Assembly: GCA_016180725.1 (NCBI GenBank)
Contig: JACPAR010000005.1
Span: 22,654-86,653, forward strand
Reading direction: 5' to 3'
Source: Candidatus Levyibacteriota bacterium
GTDB taxonomy: Bacteria > Patescibacteriota > Microgenomatia > Levybacterales > UBA12049
DNA length: 64,000 bases
Within the stretch, counting starts at the first letter, position 1; each line of letters opens with the position of its first letter. A model generated the notes under the pieces. That model saw nothing but the letters and a program-made list of their open reading frames with translations, was not told the origin of the DNA and searched no databases. Both the position numbers and the translations under genes were made by a program. This document shows, piece by piece, positions 9,566 through 17,680 of this stretch.

Positions 9566-10803
9566 CGACTCGCTCCATATCTCTTGGAAACAACGAAGCT
9601 TCACGAATATTAGGCAGATCCAAAATATGCATTGTTATACGCTCCAGTCCGAAAGAAAAACCTCCTTCAGGCGGCATACCATATTTAAACGCCATTAAAT
9701 ACATGGCAAAATCTTTAGGGTTCATGCCCCTGTCTCTTATCGCCTCGACTAACTGATTATAATCATTTATTCTCTGACTGCCACTTAAAATCTCAACGCC
9801 CCTGAATAATAAATCGTAACTTAAAGAATATTCCGGATTTTTTGGATCAGGCATTGTATAAAACGCGCGTTTTTTTGTGGGAAAATGGGTAATTGTTACA
9901 AAATCTGTATTATGCTTTTCTTTTGCCCATTTACAAATATCAATTTCATCCTGAGGCATTAAGTCTTTTTCTTTTCGGTTATCTCTACCAAACTGCTTAT
10001 AAATAATTTCTTGCGCTTCGCGTAAAGCTAACCTTGGGATTTTTCCAGAAGCTACTTTTTCTAATTTAAATTCAGAAAATATATCAGCGCATTCTTTTTC
10101 TACATGTTTAAGCATATCAACAGCTACTTTTTCTAGCAAATCTAACAACTCCCCAAAACCAACAAAGCCAAATTCACAATCCAGTTGCGTTGTCTCGGAT
10201 TTGTTTGTAAAGCTGCGGGCTTTGGGTTAAAAAAGCTTTGTAGTCATAATAATCAACTCTAAATACTTCGCTTCCTCCCTCTGTAGAAGATGCTGCAATG
10301 GTAGGTACAAAAATTTCTGTGCAATCTAAGCTCTTTGCAGCTTTTCTAAATCCTTCTAAAACTTCTGCCTGAACTTTAAAAATTGCTTTTATTTTAGGAT
10401 GGCGAAGAGTTAAAGATCTGTAATCAAGAAGCGTTGGCAATTGTAACTCCAAATCTTTTCCTCCCATATCAAAAGGCAGCGCTTCTGCTTTTGAAAGTAC
10501 ATTTACACTGGTTGCCTCAATTTCGATAGTGCCAGTTACGTTTGAAGGATTAATGTATCGTTCTTCCCTTTTTTTAACTTTTCCGCTAACTTCTACCACG
10601 TCTTGTTGTCCTAAAGCAGCAATGGTACTTGCTAATGCCTCTGTTGTTCCGACTACTTGAATAAACTCCAGACGGTCTCTTAAATCAAAAAAAGCTATCT
10701 TACCGTGGCTGCGCACAGTCTGTATCCATCCATAAAGTTTTACCTCTTGACTAACCTTTTGCAAACACTCAACAGTAAGGGTTCTTTTTGAAAATTCGTC
10801 CAT
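9531..10803 (-). pseudogene. aspS: aspartyl-tRNA synthetase, archaeal/eukaryotic type, split by a frameshift plus an internal deletion that removes class II motif 2
   Basis: The N-part (10174..10803) has the OB anticodon domain through FLTQSPQLYKQ and then stops after IRDNATGL. The C-part (9531..10148, TTG start) carries SGSQRINDY, FKYGMPPEGGFSFGLERI and LFPRD. The two frames differ by 1 nt, and the roughly 21 aa spanning FRAE...RHL are absent. Confidence 0.55.
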
Positions 10804-10847
10804 ATATCTGGTAAAATATCTTTATACATAATACATTGATTTTACTG

Positions 10848-10876
10848 TCTTGACAAGCACTTCTTTGGGTGTTATA
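10848..10876 (+). promoter_or_regulatory. consensus sigma70-like promoter TTGACA-17-TATAGT
   Basis: TTGACA at 10848-10853, an exact 17-nt spacer, and TATAGT at 10871-10876. It is oriented toward ORF 11063. Confidence 0.5.
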
Positions 10877-10923
10877 GTCAAGCTGAAATGAATTTAGCGC
10901 TTATTATTAAAATGCACGTTATT

Positions 10924-11055
10924 TTCCTCCCCTTTACCTAAGGAGGGAGATTTTGTGCTGTTTTAAGAATACCAAATCTCCCCCAATAAAGGGGGATTTT
11001 AAGTGCGAAATAAACGTTCTTAATCTCCCAACAATTTTTGAAGGGAGATTTTTAA
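10924..11055 (+). promoter_or_regulatory. three tandem stem-loops (CCTCC..GGAGG / TCCCCC..GGGGGA / AATCTCCC..GGGAGATT), each followed by ATTTT, in the 5' leader
   Basis: Inverted repeats at 10926-10949, 10975-10999 and 11022-11050. The third is a perfect 8-bp stem. All share CTCCC...GGGAG(A)TTTT. Confidence 0.45.
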
Positions 11056-11062
11056 TGAAAAT

Positions 11063-11443
11063 ATGAGAGAGTATCCAATTCCACCAGGATTATCAAGAGA
11101 ACACAGAAGAGCACTTAGAACTTGTATCAAGACACAACGAATTTTTGATGAGCTGGTTGACGCTGCTCAAAATAGCGCACCAGGAACACTTATAAAGTAT
11201 TCTAATGGACACGAATCTATTGTTACTGTCGATAAAGATGGTGTTCCTGGTTTACTAGATGATTATATAGCAGGCTTAGTACATTCAGGTGTAAACCGAA
11301 GAAATGCCAGAAGAGAAGCAAATTCTTTAGAAAAAAGATTTTTTAGCGGGACACCTGATGAACAACAGGTAGTTTTTGTAACATTAAGAGGCGCTGTAGA
11401 TGGACTAAATGGGATACCTGATCCAATTAGACGAAAGACGTAA
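11063..11443 (+). CDS. hypothetical 126-aa Arg-rich protein, GC-elevated, no recognised domain
   Basis: ORF-track ORF whose GC is about 40% against about 33% for the window. It is preceded by the strong promoter and the hairpin leader. Confidence 0.4.
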   Translation: MREYPIPPGLSREHRRALRTCIKTQRIFDELVDAAQNSAPGTLIKYSNGHESIVTVDKDGVPGLLDDYIAGLVHSGVNRRNARREANSLEKRFFSGTPDEQQVVFVTLRGAVDGLNGIPDPIRRKT

Positions 11444-11498
11444 TCCCTACATGTATAAGAAATAAGCAATACACCTGGGAAGTGGATTAGCTTGACAC

Positions 11499-13325
11499 CT
11501 AGGGTTTTATGTCTCTTATCTTTAGCTGCAATTTTTGACTTCCATTCCATTTATTTAAGTCAATTGTATAAGCAATATCAACGCTATCGCCAACATGAAA
11601 CTCGCTTGCCCTGTCACCCATCCCAAATGCAATCGCCTCAATTCTGAATTCTGAGTTCTTAATTTTGAATTTTAATTTTAGGTGTTTGTTTTCTCTCCCA
11701 ACAAATCTCATGTCTTCTATAACTACATTTCTGCTTACAAATGTTGGCTCCGGATTTGCCATACCAAATGGCGCCAGTTTTTGAACTGTATTATAAAGCT
11801 CTGTATCAACATAAAATAAAGGGATTTCCATATCTATTCGCAACAATCGGGTAAGCATATTCTCATCTATCAATTTATGGGCTTTTTTCTCAAGCATCTC
11901 TTTAAGAAGTATTAATTTTACGGTTTCTACTGTAAAACCTGCAGCCATTGGATGACCGCCTGCATCAACTAGCAACTCCGATGCTCCTCTTATAAATTCG
12001 ATCATATTAAAACCAGAAACCGATCTTGCCGATGCTTTACTGTATTTTTCGCCTATCGATAAAACTATTGCCGGTCTGTAAAACTCTTCCACTAACTTTC
12101 CTGCAACCAGCCCAATTACTCCCTGCTGATAACTTTCGTGCGCCACAAAAAGTAATTTTTTAATTTTTTCTTTCTGATTTTTTATTCCGTCTATTGCGTG
12201 AGAAACAGTTTCTCCTGTTACCCTTTGCCTTTCTTTATTAGTAGAACCAAGTTTGGAAGCAAGATTGCGGGCCCTGTCGGCGTTTTTTGTACATAAAAGC
12301 CGTAAGCTATCCATTGCATATTCAAGTCTCCCCATCGCATTAAGCCTGGGCGCAATAATATGACCGATTTCGTATGTTCTTATTTCCTTTAGGTTTATAA
12401 CCGCTTCTTTAAAAAGTTCCAAAAGCCCAACCCTTTTTGTTTTTTGCAACTTTTCCAAACCAAATTTTACAAGCGTTCTGTTGGCTCCGATTAAAGGAAC
12501 CAAATCGGCAACAGTAGCAAGCGCCACTAATTCTAAATGTGTGTCTCCCTTTTCCATTTTTAACTTTTCACTTTGAACTTTGAACTCTTGCGATAACAAG
12601 TATGCTACTCCCGTGCCGCATAACTTTGTCGTATGAACAATTGCATATGCGTTTGGCATTTTTTTTGACGGAACGTGATGGTCGGTAATTATTACATCAA
12701 TATTATTTTTGTTAGCAAAATCAACTGCCTCATTTGCCACAATTCCATTGTCTACAGTAATTATTAGTGCAATTTTTGCTATTTGATTTTTGATATTTGA
12801 TATCCCTGTCAATGAAAGACCGTATCCTTCATCAATTCTGTGAGGAATATAAGGTGTAACTTTTGCGCCCATCGCATGAAGCGTTTCCCACAAAATTGCA
12901 GTTCCGCAAATTCCGTCAACGTCGTAGTCACCAAAAACAACAATTTGTTCTTTATCTTCAATTGCTTTTTTAATTCTCTTAATAGCTTTTTGCAATTGCT
13001 TTTTATTAATACCAACGCTATCGGTAGTTACGTTTTCGAGTTTTGGATTAAGAAACTTATCTATTTCTTTTTTTGTTTTTATCCCCCGATTTTGAAACAA
13101 TAGTCTTACTAGTTCTTCAACTTTGAACTTTGAACTCTTGTCTCCTCGAGTCCCTCGGGACTGAGTCCTCGGGACGAACGTCTGAGCGACCGATTCGGCC
13201 TGAGGGCCCTTCGGTCTTGAGCTCAGGGTCGAAAGACTCACGGCCTCGAAGGCCTCGGAGTCGAAGACCTGAGCGGAGCCGAAGGGTTGAACTTTGAACT
13301 TACTTTGTATCTCCCATTTCTTCAT
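11499..13325 (-). CDS. recJ: single-stranded-DNA-specific exonuclease RecJ
   Basis: DHH motifs (VVFGDYDVDG, ITDHH) and the DHHA1 motif GGGHPMAAG. The first ~70 codons of the N-terminus read through a GC-rich inserted element. Confidence 0.85.
   Translation of the reverse strand: MKKWEIQSKFKVQPFGSAQVFDSEAFEAVSLSTLSSRPKGPQAESVAQTFVPRTQSRGTRGDKSSKFKVEELVRLLFQNRGIKTKKEIDKFLNPKLENVTTDSVGINKKQLQKAIKRIKKAIEDKEQIVVFGDYDVDGICGTAILWETLHAMGAKVTPYIPHRIDEGYGLSLTGISNIKNQIAKIALIITVDNGIVANEAVDFANKNNIDVIITDHHVPSKKMPNAYAIVHTTKLCGTGVAYLLSQEFKVQSEKLKMEKGDTHLELVALATVADLVPLIGANRTLVKFGLEKLQKTKRVGLLELFKEAVINLKEIRTYEIGHIIAPRLNAMGRLEYAMDSLRLLCTKNADRARNLASKLGSTNKERQRVTGETVSHAIDGIKNQKEKIKKLLFVAHESYQQGVIGLVAGKLVEEFYRPAIVLSIGEKYSKASARSVSGFNMIEFIRGASELLVDAGGHPMAAGFTVETVKLILLKEMLEKKAHKLIDENMLTRLLRIDMEIPLFYVDTELYNTVQKLAPFGMANPEPTFVSRNVVIEDMRFVGRENKHLKLKFKIKNSEFRIEAIAFGMGDRASEFHVGDSVDIAYTIDLNKWNGSQKLQLKIRDIKP
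11641..11682. repeat. period-7 tandem repeats (ATTCTGA / ATTTTGA / ATTTTAA) inside the recJ 3' region
   Basis: Direct reading of the sequence. It encodes KLKFKIKNSEFRI in frame. Confidence 0.7.
13119..13304. repeat. GC-rich (~65% GC) structured insertion flanked by AACTTTGAACTTTGAACT direct repeats, at the recJ 5' end / recJ-cca divergent region
   Basis: GC composition switches sharply at 13141-13289. Internal hairpins include GTCCCTCGGGAC, GGCCTCGAAGGCC and GACCGA..TCGGTC. The 21-nt flank ACTTTGAACTTTGAACTCTTG also occurs at 12561. The 3' part is about 80% identical to 13755-13795. Confidence 0.6.
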
Positions 13326-13336
13326 ACAAAATTTAT

Positions 13337-14782
13337 TTGCTATACTATAGCAGATCCGATAAGGGTGAACAAGCTGTGCAAAAACTTATTCCGAAAATCA
13401 TTTTAAAAATTTATAAAAAGCTTCAGGAAAACAACTTCGAAGTTTACCTGGTAGGTGGATCTGTTAGAAATCTCATAATGAAATTGCCTGTAAAAGATTG
13501 GGATTTAACAACTAACGCAACCCCAGAAGAAATGCTTAAACTTTTCCCAGATGGGTTTTATGACAATACTTTTGGGACAGTAGGTATTCCAATTGAAAAG
13601 GATGGGAAAAACCAAGTTGTTGAAGTAACAACCTTTCGCACCGAACATGGGTATACCGATCGAAGACGTCCGGATAAGGTTTTATGGGGAAAGACTATAG
13701 AAGAAGATCTCGCCCGCCGTGATTTTACAATCAACGCTATAGCCCTACACCTCGAAGGTGGCCGACTCGCCCTGAGCGAAGCCGAAGGGATGGACTACTT
13801 TGAGGTGAATAAAACTGAACTCATCGATCCATTTAATGGCAAAAAAGATATCGAAAATAAGCTCATCCGTGCAGTTGGCGATCCGGATCAACGATTCAAA
13901 GAAGATGCGCTAAGGCTTTTACGAGCAATACGAATCGCCACAGAGCTTTCTTTTACTATCGAAGAAAAAACCTGGAAGGAACTGGTTACCGACGCACCAC
14001 TTATCACTCAAATATCGGAAGAAAGAATACAAATAGAACTTATGCGGATTTTAGCAAGCAATTACCCATACGATGGAATTATGTTGCTTAGAAATTCCAC
14101 TCTTTTAGAACAAATTATTCCTGAGCTTTTAAAAGGCGTTGGCGTTTCCCAGGTAAGACCGGGCAGACACCACACAACAGATGTTTTTACCCATAACGTT
14201 TTATCGCTTAAATATACTCCGTCCACCGATCCTATTGTTAGATTTGCAGCGCTTTTACATGATGTTGGAAAACCTTACGTTGCCTCAACAGACGAACATG
14301 GTCTTGTAATCTTTCATAATCACGAAATTGTCGGCGCAAAGATGGCAAAAGAAATCTGCGAAAGACTAAAGTTCTCCAAAAAAGAACGGGAAAAAATTGT
14401 TAACCTTATCCGCTGGCATATGTTTACGGTTGATGAAAAAATCACCGACGCAGCGGTTCGAAGATTTATCCGCCGGGTTGGCGTTGAAAATGTAAAAGAT
14501 ATGATGGATCTTCGTATTGGAGATAGATTAGGCGGAGGAACACAAACTGCAGAAAGCTGGAGACTAAAGTTATTTAAAAAAAGAGTGGAAGATCAATTAA
14601 AACCCGCACCTTTTTCCATTAACGATTTAGTCATTGACGGGAATGATGTAATGAAAGAATTGAACATTAAGCCTGGTCCTAAAGTTGGCGAAATACTGCA
14701 AAAACTTTTTGAAGAAGTTGACGAAGACCTTTCAAGGAATAATCGTGAATACCTACTTAAACGCATACACGAATTAGACTAA
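13337..14782 (+). CDS. cca: CCA-adding tRNA nucleotidyltransferase with HD domain
   Basis: Pol-beta NTase head (LVGGSVRNL...DWDL), RDFTINA, and an HD motif HDVGKP. The start is a TTG at 13337 or a GTG at 13376 (VQKLIPK). Confidence 0.85.
   Translation: MLYYSRSDKGEQAVQKLIPKIILKIYKKLQENNFEVYLVGGSVRNLIMKLPVKDWDLTTNATPEEMLKLFPDGFYDNTFGTVGIPIEKDGKNQVVEVTTFRTEHGYTDRRRPDKVLWGKTIEEDLARRDFTINAIALHLEGGRLALSEAEGMDYFEVNKTELIDPFNGKKDIENKLIRAVGDPDQRFKEDALRLLRAIRIATELSFTIEEKTWKELVTDAPLITQISEERIQIELMRILASNYPYDGIMLLRNSTLLEQIIPELLKGVGVSQVRPGRHHTTDVFTHNVLSLKYTPSTDPIVRFAALLHDVGKPYVASTDEHGLVIFHNHEIVGAKMAKEICERLKFSKKEREKIVNLIRWHMFTVDEKITDAAVRRFIRRVGVENVKDMMDLRIGDRLGGGTQTAESWRLKLFKKRVEDQLKPAPFSINDLVIDGNDVMKELNIKPGPKVGEILQKLFEEVDEDLSRNNREYLLKRIHELD
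13755..13795. repeat. GC-rich element copy inserted in-frame in cca (encodes LEGGRLALSEAEG)
   Basis: CCTCGAAGG...GAGCGAAGCCGAAGGG aligns with the 3' part of the 13141-13289 element. Confidence 0.55.
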
Positions 14783-14871
14783 GCTTGTTCATCTTGCGTA
14801 TTGCAGCTTTGTCTTATATTACATAATTGTATATTATGTAATTTGTCTCGTTGACTAGACAACGATACAAT

Positions 14872-15282
14872 ATGAAACGATATAAATTTTTAAACAAAGA
14901 AGATATCCACGAGGCATTAAACAGACTAAGAGACGCATTTCTTGCCGCCAAAGATGGAAACGAAGTAGAAGAAATTATTAACGGTATATTAACATACGAT
15001 GAAAAGCTTAAAATTGGCAGAAGAGTACTCATTGCAGAGTATATCAAAGACGGAGCTGGTTTTGATGAAATAGCAAAATCTCTTAAAGTTGGGAAAAATA
15101 CTATTGTTTCTGTCATAAATAGTCTAGATAAAAACCCTATTTCTTTTGAACTTATTAACAAGCGACGAAAGAAAGTTCAAACAATATATCAAAACAGAAA
15201 ATACCGATTAGTTGGAGGATCTACGCTAGTATTTAAAAGAAAAGAATATACAGGCTTCAAGCGAAAAGACGTAACAAGGTAA
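14872..15282 (+). CDS. TrpR-like YerC/YecD family HTH protein
   Basis: ILTYDEKLKIGRRVLIAEYIKDGAGFDEIAKSLKVGKNTIVSV matches the YerC/YecD pattern. The ATG at 14872 is preferred over the TTG at 14851. Confidence 0.55.
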   Translation: MKRYKFLNKEDIHEALNRLRDAFLAAKDGNEVEEIINGILTYDEKLKIGRRVLIAEYIKDGAGFDEIAKSLKVGKNTIVSVINSLDKNPISFELINKRRKKVQTIYQNRKYRLVGGSTLVFKRKEYTGFKRKDVTR

Positions 15283-15286
15283 TATT

Positions 15287-15317
15287 TTAACAATTGTTCC
15301 GTTGTCTAGTCTATAAT
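15287..15317 (+). promoter_or_regulatory. putative promoter (TTAACA-19-TATAAT) overlapped by palindrome TAATACTAGTATTA
   Basis: -10 TATAAT at 15312-15317. A perfect 14-bp palindrome at 15313-15326 has a CTAG centre. Confidence 0.35.
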
Positions 15318-15442
15318 ACTAGTATTAGTCCTTAAAAATAGTTTTAACTACGTATTGATAACTCACTTTAATACTAATTAAAAATGTTTTCTTAGTTTAC
15401 AAAGTTGCTATTTATTAACTGTTTGCGTATTATTGATTTACA

Positions 15443-16381
15443 ATGAATGATAAAGTACTTGAGGTAAAAAATCTAACTAAAAAATTTGGTTCGCCAGCTG
15501 GCGAATTTACAGCTGTTGATAATATTTCATTCTCGCTTAAGGAAGGGGAGGTGCTCGGATTACTTGGCCCAAACGGAGCGGGAAAAACTACAACTATCCA
15601 AATGCTTTTAGGCGTAATGGAACAAACCAATGGAAATATTGAATATTTTGGTAAACCATTTAAAAAATTTAGAGAAGAAATATTAAAAGACGTTAATTTC
15701 TCCTCAACTTATATAAGTCTTCCATGGCATTTTACTGTTAAAGAAATTTTGGATATTTTCGCATTGCTCTATGAAGTTCCAGACAGAAAAAAACGCATTA
15801 ATAAACTATTACAAGAATTTGAGCTAGGCAATATGGTAAAAAAACAATTTTTTATGTTATCAGCCGGAGAAAAAACAAGATTACTTTTAGTAAAATCTTT
15901 TCTTAATTATCCAAAAATCCTTTTATTGGATGAGCCCACAGCAAGTCTTGACCCAGAAATAGCAGTCAAAATTAGAGAATTTCTTAAAAAAGAAAAAGAA
16001 GAATATAATGTTAGCATGCTATTTACGTCACATAATATGGCAGAGGTTGAAGAGATATGTGATCGAGTCATTATTTTACAGGCTGGTAAGATTATTGCAG
16101 AAGATACACCCGAAGAACTCACAAAGCAAATATCTGATTGCGAAATAGAACTAAAAATAATTGAGGATTACAAAAAAGCTGTTACTTTTTTAGATGAAAA
16201 AGAAATTCCTTATGAAAAAAATAAGTATAATTTTAAGTTAAAAATGGACGAAAAAAATATAGCAGACTTTCTAGCGCTTTTATCTAAAGAAGCAATAGCT
16301 TATGAAGAAATTAGTATTAATAAACCAGACCTGGAAGATTTTTTCTTAGATGTTATTGGAGGGAAGGAAAAGTATGATTAA
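15443..16381 (+). CDS. ABC transporter ATP-binding protein (ABC-2 exporter type)
   Basis: Walker [10 protein letters not shown], signature LSAGEKTRL, Walker B LLLDEPTASLD. Confidence 0.9.
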   Translation: MNDKVLEVKNLTKKFGSPAGEFTAVDNISFSLKEGEVLGLLGPNGAGKTTTIQMLLGVMEQTNGNIEYFGKPFKKFREEILKDVNFSSTYISLPWHFTVKEILDIFALLYEVPDRKKRINKLLQEFELGNMVKKQFFMLSAGEKTRLLLVKSFLNYPKILLLDEPTASLDPEIAVKIREFLKKEKEEYNVSMLFTSHNMAEVEEICDRVIILQAGKIIAEDTPEELTKQISDCEIELKIIEDYKKAVTFLDEKEIPYEKNKYNFKLKMDEKNIADFLALLSKEAIAYEEISINKPDLEDFFLDVIGGKEKYD

Positions 16382-17162
16382 TTTTAATAGAGTTTTTGCC
16401 ATGGTTTATCGTTATGCTATTTATCTTAAACATAATTGGGATAGGTTAAGCGACATGTTTTATTGGCCAGCTTTAGATTTATTTATTTGGGGACTAACTG
16501 GACTTTACTTAGCAACATTAAATGCTAATCATAAAGAATATATATTTATTATTCTTAATGGATTAATTTTTTGGATAATTATCTGGCGGGTACAATATGA
16601 GATAAACGTAAATATTCTTTCAGAAATTTGGGATAAAAATTTGATTAATATTCTAGCCTCTCCGCTCACTGCTTGGGAATGGGTTACATCTCTTGTTTTT
16701 GTAGGCTTTATTAAGATGATTATTAGCCTAACTTTCTCTGCCACATTATCGCTAATTTTTTATCACTACAATATTTTAATCTACGGCTTTTATCTTTTTC
16801 CAATTATTGTAAGTCTTTTGTTGTTTGGTTGGGCTTCTGGATTTTTAGTTGCTGGATTTATTATTAGATTTGGCGCAAAAATTCAAACTCTGGCTTGGAC
16901 AGGAGTTGCATTATTTGCGCCATTTGCAGCACTCTACTACCCCCTCTCTATTTTGCCAGATTGGGCTAAGAAAGTTGCATTATTTGTTCCTCCAAGCTAC
17001 ATTTTTGAGGGAATGAGAACCATGCTTTTCAAGGGCTACTTCCCTATAGATAAACTAGTTATTGGTTTTGCATTGAACATACCATATTTGCTATTATCTT
17101 TATGGTTTTTCGTTTTTATGTTTAATAAAAGTAAAAAACTAGGACTAGGAAGACTCATTTAG
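16374..17162 (+). CDS. ABC-2 family transporter permease
   Basis: Six predicted TM segments. Its start overlaps the ATPase gene by 8 nt. Confidence 0.7.
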   Translation: MINFNRVFAMVYRYAIYLKHNWDRLSDMFYWPALDLFIWGLTGLYLATLNANHKEYIFIILNGLIFWIIIWRVQYEINVNILSEIWDKNLINILASPLTAWEWVTSLVFVGFIKMIISLTFSATLSLIFYHYNILIYGFYLFPIIVSLLLFGWASGFLVAGFIIRFGAKIQTLAWTGVALFAPFAALYYPLSILPDWAKKVALFVPPSYIFEGMRTMLFKGYFPIDKLVIGFALNIPYLLLSLWFFVFMFNKSKKLGLGRLI

Positions 17163-17174
17163 GAAATTTTGATT

Positions 17175-17202
17175 AGTGCAGATATACTAGTATATCTGCA
17201 CT
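17175..17202. promoter_or_regulatory. perfect 28-bp palindrome AGTGCAGATATACTAGTATATCTGCACT
   Basis: Exact 14+14 inverted repeat centred on CTAG. It shares the 10-bp core ATACTAGTAT with the palindrome at 15315-15324. Confidence 0.4.
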
Positions 17203-17227
17203 AAAATGATTTAAACCATTAAAATAG

Positions 17228-17680
17228 ATGAAAAAACAGCTATTCCAAGAAGAATTAAAAAAGGCAATGCTAGCGCGGGATGGATTAAAAACATCTGTGC
17301 TTCGAATGCTTTTATCTGCAATTAATTATTATGAAATTAATAAGGGCGGCGCAGGATACGAGGCAACAGACGAAGATGTGACGAGTGTGATTGAGAAAGA
17401 AGTTAAACAAAGACGAGATTCTATCGAACAATTTAAAGCAGGGGGAAGACAGGATTTGGTAAATAAAGAGACTGCTGAACTTAAACTTCTTGATACATAC
17501 CTTCCCGAACAGATGAGTAATGAAGAAATTAAGAAATTAGTAATTGAGGCAATAAAAGTTACTTGCGCAACATCTATACAAGATATGGGAAAAGTTATGG
17601 GAGCGCTAATGCCAAAAGTCAAAGGCAAAGCAGATGGAAGTTTAGTTAGTAAAATTGTAAAAGAAGAGCTTACGCCTTAG
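17228..17680 (+). CDS. yqeY: GatB/YqeY domain protein
   Basis: MKxQLxxxLKxAMxxRDxLKTSVLRMLLSAI matches the YqeY family. Confidence 0.7.
   Translation: MKKQLFQEELKKAMLARDGLKTSVLRMLLSAINYYEINKGGAGYEATDEDVTSVIEKEVKQRRDSIEQFKAGGRQDLVNKETAELKLLDTYLPEQMSNEEIKKLVIEAIKVTCATSIQDMGKVMGALMPKVKGKADGSLVSKIVKEELTP

Noticed and set aside
10924-11055. Repeat-spacer-like arrangement of three hairpin units considered as a mini CRISPR array
   Set aside because: The units are not identical (27-35 nt with variable sequence), the gaps are only ~19-20 nt, and there are only three copies. This is better explained as a regulatory leader.
11263-11550. 95-aa minus-strand ORF overlapping the 3' half of ORF 11063
   Set aside because: It is antisense to the better-supported ORF and runs into the recJ terminator region. 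It is likely spurious.
13141-13289. GC-rich block considered as a structured RNA gene (tRNA/RNase P/SRP fragment)
   Set aside because: No conserved RNA family motifs were recognised. It has partial copies inside coding regions and bounded direct repeats, which favours a repetitive insertion element.
17175-17202. Interpreting the 28-bp perfect palindrome purely as a rho-independent terminator
   Set aside because: It has no T-tract on either side (followed by TAAAATG), so an operator or other protein-binding site is at least as likely. It is kept as regulatory with low confidence.
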